Numbered from the stretch's first letter, positions 19,019 to 29,253 are shown. The stretch: DNA of 58,887 bases from Treponema sp. (GCA_045534325.1 JAZSJM010000037.1:1-58887), one strand, 5' to 3'. The notes: generated from the letters alone by a model not told the origin. Numbers and translations: made by a program.

Positions 19019-21202
19019 ATGAATGTTTTGATTCTTCAGCCGCCAATAATGCAGTTAAATACGGCATATCCAAGCGGGGCATATTTGTCGCGCTTTTTTA
19101 AAAGAGAAGGCTGCAACGTAAAATGGCTGGATTTAAATATTGAACTTTTTTACTCAATTTTTTGCTACAAGGGTCTAAAAAAAATTTTTGAACTGGGAAG
19201 AAAAAAAGCCCTTGAGATGGCAGATAAGGCAGAACAAAACGGGCAGGACTCTGTCTGCTTTAATTTACGACGATATATAAATCAGGAAAATTTATGGTGC
19301 AACTGGATAGATAGAATAACTGCAATTTTACGTGGTCACGGATTTGAAAGCGCACACAGCTTTGTTTTTGGTGCTCACGTACCGAGAGGCAACAGAATGG
19401 AAAACTATCTTAATTCTCTTGACCATAATTTAACCACAGATGACGCGAGAACACTATCAAGTCTTGCTCTTGCCGATTTGGCAGATTTTATTACAACGGT
19501 TTTAGATAAAAATTTTTCTCTCGTTCGTTATGCAGAAAGTTTAACCATAAGTGAAAGTACTTTTGAGCAGGTGGAAAAAGGTGCCGATTCTTTGATTTTG
19601 AGAGAGTTTTTTGTTCCTGTTTTAGAAAAAATTGTTTGCCCGATTGCAGAACAGCTTTTTGAGCAGGATAAAAAACTGCTTGTCTGCATAAGCATTCCTT
19701 TTCCAGGAATTTTTGCAGCAAGTTTATGTGCTGGTCGGTTTTTAAAAGAAAAATATAAAAATAAAGTATATATAAGTTTCGGCGGTGGATTTGTAAACAC
19801 GGAGCTTAGAGAAACAAAAGAAAAATCTCTGGCTAATTACTGCGACTCTATCTCCTACGACCGAGGATATGCTTCTTATAAGACACTTCTTAATCAATTA
19901 GAGGAGTGTAAAAATAATTTTTGCGATATTAGTAAAGACAATAATTTACCTCTTTTTTCTGCACCAATTTACAATGTAAGAAAGTTTTTAAAAGACAAAA
20001 ACGGCAATTTTTTTATTGTTGAAGAGGCTTCTGCAACAAAAGAAGATTTAGAATACGAAAAAAATATGACCTCCTCAATTGTGCCGGATTTTACAGACAT
20101 TGATTTTAGCCGATATCCGCGATTAATTGATGACACAAATCCCATGCACAGACTGTGGTCTGACGGAGCCTGGATAAAAGCATATATGGCACATGGATGT
20201 TACTGGCATAAATGCGCATTCTGCGATGTTACTCTTGATTATGTAAAAAGCTTCTGCATGACAGACATTCACGCCCTTTACAACAGTCTTTTAGAGCAAT
20301 GCAGAGAAAAAAACATTTTTGGAATTCATTTTGTTGACGAAGCAATGCCTCCGGCTGCGATGATTGCTTTTGCACGGGAAAACATTGCCCACGGGTGTCC
20401 GATAAACTGGTGGGGCAATGTTCGTTTTGAAAAAAACTTTACACGAGATGTAACAGATTATTTAGCCTATGGCGGACTTTGTGGGGTAAGTGCAGGCCTC
20501 GAAAGTGCTACAGGAAACGGTCTAAACACAATTCATAAAGGAACTGATTTAGAATCCATCGTTGCAGCCTGCTGTGCCTTTAAGGAATCCGGCATTTTAG
20601 TTCATGCATATATGATTTACGGTTATTGGTTTGAAACTCCACAGGACCTTATTAATTCAATGGAAACGTTGCGGCAGTTTTACAAAAACGGTCTTTTAGA
20701 CAGCTGCTTCTGGCATAAATTTGTTCTGACCTTTCATTCTCGGGTTTACAGCGAATGGAAAAATGGGGAGCACAAAGAATTAAAGGTGATACAAGAAAAG
20801 AATAAACCCCTGTTTGCAAAAAATGGTCTTCATTTTGAAGGAGAAGAAAAGTCTGAAAAATACGGTAACTCCCTTGAGTATTCTCTTAACGAATGGATGC
20901 ACGGACGAAATATAGATAGGCCTGTGCAAAAATGGTTTAATTTTAAAGTCCCTGAACCTACGGTTGAAAAAAATTTTATTGAAAAACTAATTGAAAAATA
21001 TGAAAAATCACGTGATATACAGTTTTCTGCCCCATTACCTCAAAACAAGGAAAAAATTGTATGGCTTGGTGGCGAAAAAATAAAAGTTAAAGAAAAAAAC
21101 ATGCAAAAGTTTCAGTGGTTTTATATGGGTGAACTGATGGAAGAAGATATTAATTCTCCTGACAAAAATTACAGGGGAAGAGGTTTATGTGTTCTACCTT
21201 AG
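19019..21202 (+). CDS. Cobalamin-binding-type radical SAM protein
   Basis: HGCYWHKCAFCD (CxxxCxxC), FVDEA, AGLES, HAYMIYG; N-terminal LQPP...QLNTAYP; start ATG 19019. Confidence 0.85.
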   Translation: MNVLILQPPIMQLNTAYPSGAYLSRFFKREGCNVKWLDLNIELFYSIFCYKGLKKIFELGRKKALEMADKAEQNGQDSVCFNLRRYINQENLWCNWIDRITAILRGHGFESAHSFVFGAHVPRGNRMENYLNSLDHNLTTDDARTLSSLALADLADFITTVLDKNFSLVRYAESLTISESTFEQVEKGADSLILREFFVPVLEKIVCPIAEQLFEQDKKLLVCISIPFPGIFAASLCAGRFLKEKYKNKVYISFGGGFVNTELRETKEKSLANYCDSISYDRGYASYKTLLNQLEECKNNFCDISKDNNLPLFSAPIYNVRKFLKDKNGNFFIVEEASATKEDLEYEKNMTSSIVPDFTDIDFSRYPRLIDDTNPMHRLWSDGAWIKAYMAHGCYWHKCAFCDVTLDYVKSFCMTDIHALYNSLLEQCREKNIFGIHFVDEAMPPAAMIAFARENIAHGCPINWWGNVRFEKNFTRDVTDYLAYGGLCGVSAGLESATGNGLNTIHKGTDLESIVAACCAFKESGILVHAYMIYGYWFETPQDLINSMETLRQFYKNGLLDSCFWHKFVLTFHSRVYSEWKNGEHKELKVIQEKNKPLFAKNGLHFEGEEKSEKYGNSLEYSLNEWMHGRNIDRPVQKWFNFKVPEPTVEKNFIEKLIEKYEKSRDIQFSAPLPQNKEKIVWLGGEKIKVKEKNMQKFQWFYMGELMEEDINSPDKNYRGRGLCVLP

Positions 21203-21979
21203 ATTTACATGAAAAGAAAGTCCTATTTCTGAATTAGAAAACGTATATGTTTGTCTGTCAAAAAACCTTGAATTTTTATTAAATCCGTTTCTAAAAGCTA
21301 CAAAAACAGTAAGAGCAACAGGGTGAGTGTCAAAAATTGCTTCAGTTCCGTAATTGTAGTAAAAAAATGATTTTTCTCCAGACTGTGTAATCATCAGCGG
21401 GGCAAATGATAAATAATAATTCTGCTTAATTGAACGCGTATATTTTGTACTATATTCCACACCTACAGAAAAAGCATGAAATTTAAATGTTTCTGCTCCT
21501 GAATTCAGATAGTTTTCTGCATAAGAATAGTTCAGATATGAATAGCCAACATAAGGATAAAAGACACCGTTATAACTGACAATGGAAGGCATCTGATAAT
21601 GAGCATCAAATTCAATACAGCGAAGTGTTTCGTTTAGCAGTTGATCGCCGTGATTAAAGTCTGGATTTTCTGTCCAGTAAATTTTGGTCATATCATTAAA
21701 ACCAAGATTCATCTGTGCCTTTATCATGGGGACTTTATCATAGTACGCATGATACAAAATACCATAGAAAAATAGTGCTTCATTTGTTTGAGAACTCGAA
21801 CTTCCTTCTTTTGACATAAGAAGATTGTTAAGGTTTTGAAATCCCATTGTTGTTTCAAACGTCCAATCTATTCCGTCAATAGGAGAAACATGGGTAACTG
21901 CTTTTGAAAAACCATATTCGAGCATGGCGAAAAGGAGAAAAAAAATATATATGATTTTTATAAATTTAAATTTTCTCAT
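21194..21979 (-). CDS. Putative small outer-membrane beta-barrel protein
   Basis: Signal peptide; aromatic-rich strands (YPYVGYSY, FSVGVEY); C-terminal IGLSFHVNLR. Confidence 0.6.
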   Translation of the reverse strand: MRKFKFIKIIYIFFLLFAMLEYGFSKAVTHVSPIDGIDWTFETTMGFQNLNNLLMSKEGSSSSQTNEALFFYGILYHAYYDKVPMIKAQMNLGFNDMTKIYWTENPDFNHGDQLLNETLRCIEFDAHYQMPSIVSYNGVFYPYVGYSYLNYSYAENYLNSGAETFKFHAFSVGVEYSTKYTRSIKQNYYLSFAPLMITQSGEKSFFYYNYGTEAIFDTHPVALTVFVAFRNGFNKNSRFFDRQTYTFSNSEIGLSFHVNLR

Positions 21980-22021
21980 TTTCGCTCAATTATTTTAAGG
22001 CAAGTTGTGCATAAAATCCAT

Positions 22022-23200
22022 TTATAATCTGGCAAGCCCTGCTTTTCTTGCTTCGTCAGCTACTGCTTTAGCTACAGTCTCTGCGACACGAGGATCAAAG
22101 GCTCCAGGGATAATCATGTCAGGGCCCAGCTCACTTTCTGAGACAAGGCTTGCAAGTCCTCGGGCGGCTGCAATCTTCATTTCCTCGGTGATTTTAGATG
22201 CACGACAGTCTAATGCTCCGCGGAAAAGGCCTGGGAAAGCGAGGATGTTGTTTATTTGGTTGGGGTAATCGCTTCGTCCTGTTCCGATGATGTAGGCTCC
22301 GGCAGCCTTTGCCTTTTCGTAGGTGATTTCAGGTTCAGGATTTGACATGGCAAAAAGAATTGATTTTGGTGCCATAGACTTGACCATTTCTTCGCTTACG
22401 AGATTTGGGGCTGAAACGCCGACGAAAATATCTGCTCCAACCATAGCTTCTTTCATGGTGATTCGGCGGTTGTCGGGGTTGGTAATTTCAGTAAGTTCTT
22501 TTGTCAAAAAGTCGTACTTGTCGTAGTCTTCTTTGATGATCATTCCGTTGATGTTGAATGCGTAGATTTTTCCGATACCGAATTTGTGTAGCATACGGAT
22601 AATAGAAGAACCTGCAGCACCCGCTCCGCTCACAACAAGAGTACAGTCTTCAGCCTTTTTGCCTGCGACTTTGAGGGCGTTCATGATTGCTGCCGTTACG
22701 ACGATTGCCGTTCCGTGCTGGTCATCGTGGAAAACAGGAATATCCAGTTCTTTAATCAGGGTTCGTTCGATTTCCACACAGCGGGGAGCAGAAATGTCTT
22801 CAAGGTTGATTCCGCCAAAAGTCGGGGCAATCTGCTTACAGAATTCTATGATTTTCTGGGGATCTTTTGTGTCAATGCAAAGGGGCACTGCGTCCACTCC
22901 GGCAAATTTTTTAAAAAGAACGCATTTTCCTTCCATAACGGGAAGTCCTGCGGCAGGCCCTATGTCTCCCAGCCCAAGAACAGCAGTTCCGTCAGAAACT
23001 ACAGCAATAGTGTTTCCCTTCCAGGTATACTTATAAACATCATCAGGATTTTTATGAATCTGACGGCATGGTTCAGCAACTCCGGGAGTATATGCGACAG
23101 ATAAATCATCGCGAGATTCCAAAGGCATTTTTAATTCAGTTGAAATTTTACCCTGCCATTCATTATGTTTTTCTAACGCTTTTTCGTAAATTGTACTCAT
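22022..23200 (-). CDS. NAD(P)-dependent malic enzyme
   Basis: AYTPGVA, DGTAVLGLGDIG, INLEDI, FHDDQHGT, GAGAAG, GRSDYPNQINN. Confidence 0.95.
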   Translation of the reverse strand: MSTIYEKALEKHNEWQGKISTELKMPLESRDDLSVAYTPGVAEPCRQIHKNPDDVYKYTWKGNTIAVVSDGTAVLGLGDIGPAAGLPVMEGKCVLFKKFAGVDAVPLCIDTKDPQKIIEFCKQIAPTFGGINLEDISAPRCVEIERTLIKELDIPVFHDDQHGTAIVVTAAIMNALKVAGKKAEDCTLVVSGAGAAGSSIIRMLHKFGIGKIYAFNINGMIIKEDYDKYDFLTKELTEITNPDNRRITMKEAMVGADIFVGVSAPNLVSEEMVKSMAPKSILFAMSNPEPEITYEKAKAAGAYIIGTGRSDYPNQINNILAFPGLFRGALDCRASKITEEMKIAAARGLASLVSESELGPDMIIPGAFDPRVAETVAKAVADEARKAGLARL

Positions 23201-23250
23201 AGTATTTAGTATAACGGAAAGAAGATTATTGTGCGAGTAGGAAGGGACAC

Positions 23251-23640
23251 TGGGAAGCAGTTTGTGATGGGTGCGGATTGTGCTGTTTCCGAAAGTTTAT
23301 TACTGGCCACGGCAAAAAAACAAAAATTCATTTTACGCGGATTGCTTGCGACCTCCTTGATTTAAAAACCTTCCGCTGCATGGATTATAAAAACCGTTTT
23401 GAAAAACAGAAAGAATGCACTCGCCTTACAAAAAAGAATGTCGGCCTGTGCGAATGGCTGCCTGAAACCTGTGCATATCGACTTTTACATAACGGGCAGG
23501 AACTTCCTGAATGGCATCACCTTTTAAGTGGTACCTATGACAGCGTTAAAAAGAGTGGAATCCTGATTAAAAATCCTATACACGAAAGCGATGTAGAAGA
23601 TATGAACTGGGAAGATTATGAAATCACACTCGAAACGTAA
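23251..23640 (+). pseudogene. YcgN-family cysteine-cluster protein lacking its N-terminus
   Basis: In-frame WEAVCDGCGLCC from 23251 and WLPETCAYR; no in-frame ATG/GTG/TTG between the upstream TAA (23212) and these codons. Confidence 0.65.
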
Positions 23641-23742
23641 GTTTTATCTTTCTTTAATTTCCGTAAGTTCGCCTGTAAAATTTACCATTGTCTATGACTA
23701 ACACAAATTATTCTGCTAGAATGGCATCAAAGGTACACAAAA

Positions 23743-24348
23743 ATGGAAAATAGTCTTACATTAATTTTTATGACGGTTATGATTTCTAACTTTGTAGCAG
23801 AATTTGGCGATAAAACCCAGCTTCTCTTAGTCGGAATGACTTCTAAATACAAAATGCGGGATATTTTTCTAGGGACTTTTGCGGCTGTTCTTGTCCTGAA
23901 CGGAATTGCAGTTTTTGCAGGTTCACTTTTGAATGAAGTTTTAAAGCATTGGCTTTGGGCCGTAAAGATTTGTGCTGCGGCTGCCTTTGCTTATTTTGCT
24001 TTTTCAAGCCTTTTTGCCGTCAATGAAGACGAAGATGAAGAAAAAGCCTCTAAATTTTCTTTTGCGCCCCTTGCGGTTTTCTGTACTTTTTTTATTGCAG
24101 AACTTGGAGACAAAACTCAGCTTACGGCAGTAACTTTTGGAGCGTCTTACGGCTTAAAAATGGCAGTTTTAATAACACTTGCCTGTTCAGCTGGTTTTTT
24201 TGCAGCAGATATGCTCGGTATGCTTCTTGGTAATTTTATAAATAAACATATTTCAAAAAGAAAGATGAATTTAATTTCCTTTGCACTTTTTGCCTTTTTT
24301 GCAGTTTTTACACTCTTTCAGGGAATAATGCTTTTTCTCAAAAAATAA
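23743..24348 (+). CDS. UPF0016/GDT1/TMEM165 Ca2+/Mn2+ transporter
   Basis: Two copies of E-x-G-D-K-T-Q (AEFGDKTQ, AELGDKTQ). Confidence 0.92.
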   Translation: MENSLTLIFMTVMISNFVAEFGDKTQLLLVGMTSKYKMRDIFLGTFAAVLVLNGIAVFAGSLLNEVLKHWLWAVKICAAAAFAYFAFSSLFAVNEDEDEEKASKFSFAPLAVFCTFFIAELGDKTQLTAVTFGASYGLKMAVLITLACSAGFFAADMLGMLLGNFINKHISKRKMNLISFALFAFFAVFTLFQGIMLFLKK

Positions 24349-24369
24349 AGTTCTTTCAGCAAAAAAATT

Positions 24370-24530
24370 GGGCGGCGCCATAAAAAAACCGCAGAAGAAA
24401 AATCATTTTTTCTCTACGGTACTTTAATTTATACTGCCTTTTTATGGCCGGGTGTTCCGCCCTGCGCTAACGCTTATCGTCCTCGTCGCAACGCTCCTGC
24501 GGTCGACTTTGGGGCTCCATACCCTGCCGC
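24370..24530 (-). repeat. Structured repeat copy E4
   Basis: Minus strand GCGGCAGGGTATGGAGCCC...GGGCGGAACACCCGGCC-long arm-GGCGCCGCCC; core shared with E1. Confidence 0.8.
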
Positions 24531-24534
24531 GCTT

Positions 24535-26298
24535 TTATCTTGTCAGCTTTCGGTAAACTGTTTTATGAGGCACATCGTCATCGATTCCCAAAACATTCTT
24601 TCGCCATTCAACATAATCAGACCAGCTGCCCTCAACAAAGTGAACTTCCGAGTTGTTCTCGAAGGCTAGGATGTGGGTGCAGATTCGGTCGAGAAAGTAA
24701 CGGTCGTGGCTGATTACCATTACCACACCCGCAAAGGAGTTGATTGCCTCTTCAAGAGAGCGGGTCGTTGTGATGTCGAGGTCGTTGGTCGGTTCGTCAA
24801 GAAGAAGGACATTTCCCGCTTCCTTGAACATCATTCCCATGTTGAGGCGGTTTTTCTCACCACCGGAAAGCACGGAGATTTTTTTATTCTGCTCTGCTGA
24901 GTTAAAGTTGAACCATGAGCAGTAGGCGTGAGCGTTGATTTCGCGGACAGCACCGTTTACAGGGCGGCCTTTTTCGTCCACCGCGCCGAGCTTAACCAGA
25001 TCGCTTCCACCAGAAAGCATTTCGTAAACGGTCTTGTTTGGGTCAAGTTTGCTTCGCATCTGGTCGACATAAACCAGTTTGACCGTATCGCCAACTTTTA
25101 TTGAGCCTGAGTCAGGTGCTTCCTTGCCCATTTTTCCGTCGGGGAGTTCAATTTCCTGACCTGCGGCAGAAGCAATCATCTTAAAGAGGGTGGTTTTACC
25201 GGCACCGTTAGGCCCTACGATTCCAACAACTGAACCTGCCGGAATATGAAAGTCAAGGTTTTCAAAGAGGAGCTTATCATCAAATGACTTGGTGAGTTTT
25301 TCTACGTCTATAACAACATTTCCTAAACGTGGACCTGCCGGAATACTAATCTGACTGTCTTTAAGCTGAACCCGTTTGCTTTCTTCGGCAAGCAGGGCCT
25401 CGTACTTGGTGATATGCTCCTTGTGCTTTGCCTGACGGCCTTTTGCCCCTGCGTGAATCCATTCCAATTCTTCCTGCATTTCACGGCGTCGGGTAGAAGC
25501 CTGTTTTTCTTCAAGGGCAAGGCGTTTTTCCTTTGCTTCAAGCCATTCCGAGTAGTTGCCCTTGAAAGGATAGCCTTCGCCCCTGTCCATTTCCAGAATC
25601 CAGCCTGCAACATTGTCCAAAAAGTAGTGGTCGTGGGTGATTGCGATGATTGTGCCCGGGTAGTCTTTTAAGTGCCTCTCAAGCCAGGCTACGGTCTCCG
25701 CGTCAAGGTGGTTGGTCGGCTCGTCCAAAAGAAGAATGTCCGGCTTCTGCAAAAGCAAGCGGCACAATGCCACACGGCGGCGCTCACCACCGGAAAGAAC
25801 ATCCACAACCTGATCGCCAGGAGGACAGCGAAGAGCGTCCATTGCAAGTTCCAGATTTGCATCCAGGTTCCATGCGTCTGCTGCATCAAGTTTTTCCTGA
25901 ATCTCGGCCTGTCGTGCGCAGAGTTTGTCAAAATCGGCATCCGGGTCCCCGAAAGCCTCGTTCACCTTGTCGAATTCGGCTAGCAGGTCAGTGATTGGCT
26001 TAACGCCTTCTTTTACAACTTCAAGAACGGTTTTGCCAGGCTCCAGATATGGCTCCTGCTCCAGATATCCCATTGAATAGCCGGGAAGAAGTTTTGTTTC
26101 GCCCGTGTAGTCTTTGTCGATTCCTGCAAAAATCTTGAAAAGCGAAGATTTACCGGCACCGTTTTCACCGATAACGCCGATTTTTGCCCCGTAATAGTAA
26201 GAAATGGAAATGTCTTTTAAAACAACTTTTGTTCCATACGCGCGACTAACGCGATCCATCGTGTAAATGATCTTTTTATCGTCGAATGTCTTTGCCAT
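24535..26298 (-). CDS. ettA: ABC-F translation factor EttA
   Basis: Two ABC domains (GENGAGKS, GPNGAGKT), GAKIGVIG, LLLDEPTNHLDAE, GRQAK linker, IPAGPRLG. Confidence 0.92.
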   Translation of the reverse strand: MAKTFDDKKIIYTMDRVSRAYGTKVVLKDISISYYYGAKIGVIGENGAGKSSLFKIFAGIDKDYTGETKLLPGYSMGYLEQEPYLEPGKTVLEVVKEGVKPITDLLAEFDKVNEAFGDPDADFDKLCARQAEIQEKLDAADAWNLDANLELAMDALRCPPGDQVVDVLSGGERRRVALCRLLLQKPDILLLDEPTNHLDAETVAWLERHLKDYPGTIIAITHDHYFLDNVAGWILEMDRGEGYPFKGNYSEWLEAKEKRLALEEKQASTRRREMQEELEWIHAGAKGRQAKHKEHITKYEALLAEESKRVQLKDSQISIPAGPRLGNVVIDVEKLTKSFDDKLLFENLDFHIPAGSVVGIVGPNGAGKTTLFKMIASAAGQEIELPDGKMGKEAPDSGSIKVGDTVKLVYVDQMRSKLDPNKTVYEMLSGGSDLVKLGAVDEKGRPVNGAVREINAHAYCSWFNFNSAEQNKKISVLSGGEKNRLNMGMMFKEAGNVLLLDEPTNDLDITTTRSLEEAINSFAGVVMVISHDRYFLDRICTHILAFENNSEVHFVEGSWSDYVEWRKNVLGIDDDVPHKTVYRKLTR

Positions 26299-26393
26299 GC
26301 GTCGCTACCGCTCCGTTTGAGTAAGTAGAAGTTATTGACATTTGTGCTTTCGCACATGGTCATAAAGAAAGTATAGCAGATTTGACAATAAGT

Positions 26394-27224
26394 TTATAGA
26401 CCGACCTGGACTGAAAGATTCCTTACGAAGACTTCTGAGAATATCTTTGGAGAATCCTTATTCTGATAATATGCTCCGACTTTAAAATAATTTTCGTATT
26501 CACTTTCTACAGCAGAATCAAAAGTGTGGGTCGCCATAATCTTACCGTCGCGATAAAGCCTGAGAGTTTTTTTATCCTGCTCAATAGTGATGGAAACTTC
26601 CTGCCCCTGTTTTATGCTTCCCATAGCATATTTATGTGTCTTATTATTGTCCGATGTCGTCTTGCCGTCCTTCATGTAATTTCTTACTTTTGCAGTTATA
26701 GTGCCGTTTTCCAGCTCAATCCTGCAAAGCGGAGAATCTTTTAAATCGCACTGCTGCAGAAACTGGCCAACGGTAAATTTCGCACTGGCAAAATCCGTTG
26801 AGGTAACATAAAAAGTGTAAGAAAGAATATTTTTTGTCGTCATATTCCATTCTTTCAAGTGCCTCATTTCTGCACGCACCGAAGAACCGTTCTGGGATTT
26901 TCCCTTGTCACTTGCATCAAGGGAAAAGCGTATATATTCCCTGCCCTCTTCATTTTTATAAAGCGAAAAGTATTTATTCTTAAAACCGTCGGACAATACA
27001 TTCCAGAGCATTCCCCCTTCCTCGGTTCCGCTGGGATACTGAAGCTGCCAGTCAGCAGGAGATGTAAAAAGACGGCAGGGGCTTTCTCGTCTGTCAAGTT
27101 CTTCATCTGAGCAATAATTATTTTCTATTTTTAAACCGCTATGATAATCATTTGACGAAGATTCCTCACATGAAATAAAAAATAATATGAATAAAACTGT
27201 ATATACTAACTTATTAAATATCAT
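26394..27224 (-). CDS. Polysaccharide lyase family 7-like lipoprotein
   Basis: Lipobox FISC; RAEMR and YFKVGAYYQ match the PL7 RxELR and YFKAGxYxQ motifs; QIH is replaced by QFL. Confidence 0.7.
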   Translation of the reverse strand: MIFNKLVYTVLFILFFISCEESSSNDYHSGLKIENNYCSDEELDRRESPCRLFTSPADWQLQYPSGTEEGGMLWNVLSDGFKNKYFSLYKNEEGREYIRFSLDASDKGKSQNGSSVRAEMRHLKEWNMTTKNILSYTFYVTSTDFASAKFTVGQFLQQCDLKDSPLCRIELENGTITAKVRNYMKDGKTTSDNNKTHKYAMGSIKQGQEVSITIEQDKKTLRLYRDGKIMATHTFDSAVESEYENYFKVGAYYQNKDSPKIFSEVFVRNLSVQVGL

Positions 27225-27274
27225 TTTGCTTTTCCTGACTGGAGCAATTCCGTATGTATTAAATCATCTGTACG

Positions 27275-27312
27275 AAAAAAAACCGGCTTTTACAAAAACA
27301 AAAGCCGGTTTT
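27275..27312 (-). terminator. Terminator after the sugar ABC ATPase gene
   Basis: AAAACCGGCTTTT/AAAAGCCGGTTTT stem with a T-run. Confidence 0.85.
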
Positions 27313-27331
27313 AAATAAAGTTTCTTACAGA

Positions 27332-28450
27332 TTACCAGGTCTTTTCAATTTCTGGTTCACAGATATTAATTTCTGTATCTGAATCAAAGAACTTACATTT
27401 TTCCATTCTTGGAACAAAGTTAATTGTATCTCCGAGCTGTGGATTTACAGTCGGATAACATTTTGCAACAACTTTTGTATTTTGAATCTGCATAAATATA
27501 TGAGTTTCAGCCCCAAGTGGTTCTTTATTTGTTACTTTAACTGCAATATTGCTGTCAGAAGCAGGTGCATCTTGATAAAGAAGATCTTCTGGACGAACAC
27601 CGAACCATACTTCTTTTCCTACATATGCTTTTAAATGTTTCTGCTGATCTGCAGTTGGTGTTAATGTGAATGTTCCTTCATCAGCGATTACTTTTCCACC
27701 TTTCTCAGCAATCTTAACTTTAAAGAAGTTCATCGGTGGAGTTCCGATAAATCCAGCTACGAACTTATTGATAGGGTGATTATAAAGATAGAGAGGAGCA
27801 CCAATCTGCTGAATGCGTTTTTCTGACATTACAACGATTTTTGTACCCATTGTCATAGCTTCAATCTGATCATGTGTAACGTAAATCATTGTAGCCTGAA
27901 GGCGGTTATGAAGTCCTGAAATTTCTGCACGCATCTGAACGCGGAGTTTTGCATCAAGGTTAGAAAGTGGTTCATCAAACAAGAATACTTTTGGTGAACG
28001 AACGATTGCACGACCTACAGCAACGCGCTGTCTCTGACCACCAGAAAGAGCCTTTGGTTTGCGGTCAAGATATGTATCAAGGTCAAGGATTTTTGAAGCT
28101 TCGCGAACGCGACGATCAATTTCTTCCTTATCTGTTTTGCGGATTTTAAGACCATATGCCATGTTATCGTATACAGTCATGTGTGGATAAAGAGCATAGT
28201 CCTGGAATACCATGGCAATATTACGATCCTTTGGAGGAACGTCATTCATCAATTCACCATCGATATAAAGCTCACCACCGGTAATATCTTCAAGACCGGC
28301 AATCATACGAAGTGTTGTAGATTTACCACAACCAGATGGACCTACGAATACACAGAATTCGCGGTCTTCAATTGTAACATTAGATCTTTCTACAGCCAGA
28401 ACATTGCCATCATAGATCTTTGTAATACCTTTAAGTTCAATCTTAGCCAT
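27332..28450 (-). CDS. MsmX/MalK/UgpC-type multiple-sugar ABC ATPase (orphan)
   Basis: GPSGCGKST, VFQDYALYPHM, LSGGQRQR, FDEPLSNLDAKLR, C-terminal TOBE region. Confidence 0.93.
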   Translation of the reverse strand: MAKIELKGITKIYDGNVLAVERSNVTIEDREFCVFVGPSGCGKSTTLRMIAGLEDITGGELYIDGELMNDVPPKDRNIAMVFQDYALYPHMTVYDNMAYGLKIRKTDKEEIDRRVREASKILDLDTYLDRKPKALSGGQRQRVAVGRAIVRSPKVFLFDEPLSNLDAKLRVQMRAEISGLHNRLQATMIYVTHDQIEAMTMGTKIVVMSEKRIQQIGAPLYLYNHPINKFVAGFIGTPPMNFFKVKIAEKGGKVIADEGTFTLTPTADQQKHLKAYVGKEVWFGVRPEDLLYQDAPASDSNIAVKVTNKEPLGAETHIFMQIQNTKVVAKCYPTVNPQLGDTINFVPRMEKCKFFDSDTEINICEPEIEKTW

Positions 28451-28617
28451 TTAGTCCTCTTGCAAGTAATAGTATAAAGGGATTCCCTAAAAATTACTTA
28501 TTTTATTCATTTTAACATGTAAAATAATTCAAAATCAATAAAGAACAGTCGAAAATAAGCAGTTTTCTCTATAATATACAATATCATCTTTTTGTATGAG
28601 ATGTTTTTTATGAAAAC

Positions 28618-29214
28618 TCATATAACAAAATCTCTTATCATTTTCCAGTCTTTGCAACGCCTGTAATTGTTTTTTTCTAGTACACATTCTTTATTCCACG
28701 GACGATTAAAAACCAATATTTTTGTGTCTTTAAGATGATCAAAAAACTTAAATGCAGCAGGAGAATCTTCTACTGCGTAATCAAAATTCATTTTATAATA
28801 ATCATCTAGTTCCAAAGTAAATTTGTTATTTTTAAAATAATTATCACGTCCATACTTATTAAGACAAAAAAGGTCTACACGACTAAGTCCATGCTGAATA
28901 AGCCATTCTTTCGAAACATCATAACAACTAGACGGACGCCCTGTAATAACTGAAACTTTATATCCCTTATCAATCCAGGAATTTATCGTTTCAACTGACC
29001 CAGAAGTTTCTTTATATGACAAAAGAACTTCAGGTTTATGACCTTCTTTCATCATCGCTTCATACTGCTCATCTGAAAGTGAAAAGGATTTTTTTAAATC
29101 AAAGAATTTGATTTTTTCGTACGGAACATTAATTTTGTATTGCTCCAAAGCAAATTTAGAAAAATATCGGGCTGTTTCGCATAAGCAGTCATCAAAATCA
29201 ACGTAAATATTCAT
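28618..29214 (-). CDS. HAD-superfamily 5'(3')-nucleotidase-like protein
   Basis: YVDFDDCL, VITGR, VEDS, FNRPWN. Confidence 0.75.
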   Translation of the reverse strand: MNIYVDFDDCLCETARYFSKFALEQYKINVPYEKIKFFDLKKSFSLSDEQYEAMMKEGHKPEVLLSYKETSGSVETINSWIDKGYKVSVITGRPSSCYDVSKEWLIQHGLSRVDLFCLNKYGRDNYFKNNKFTLELDDYYKMNFDYAVEDSPAAFKFFDHLKDTKILVFNRPWNKECVLEKNNYRRCKDWKMIRDFVI

Positions 29215-29253
29215 TCTGAGTGATTATAGCATAAAAACCACGCCAATAATAAC

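Noticed and set aside
23641-23742. yybP-ykoY manganese riboswitch upstream of the UPF0016 transporter
   Set aside because: The region is AT-rich with no recognisable conserved loops or four-way junction.
24673-25994. Cluster of alternative-frame ORFs within ettA (similar ones in tex and malic enzyme)
   Set aside because: These are shadow ORFs expected from the higher-GC codon usage of the real gene.
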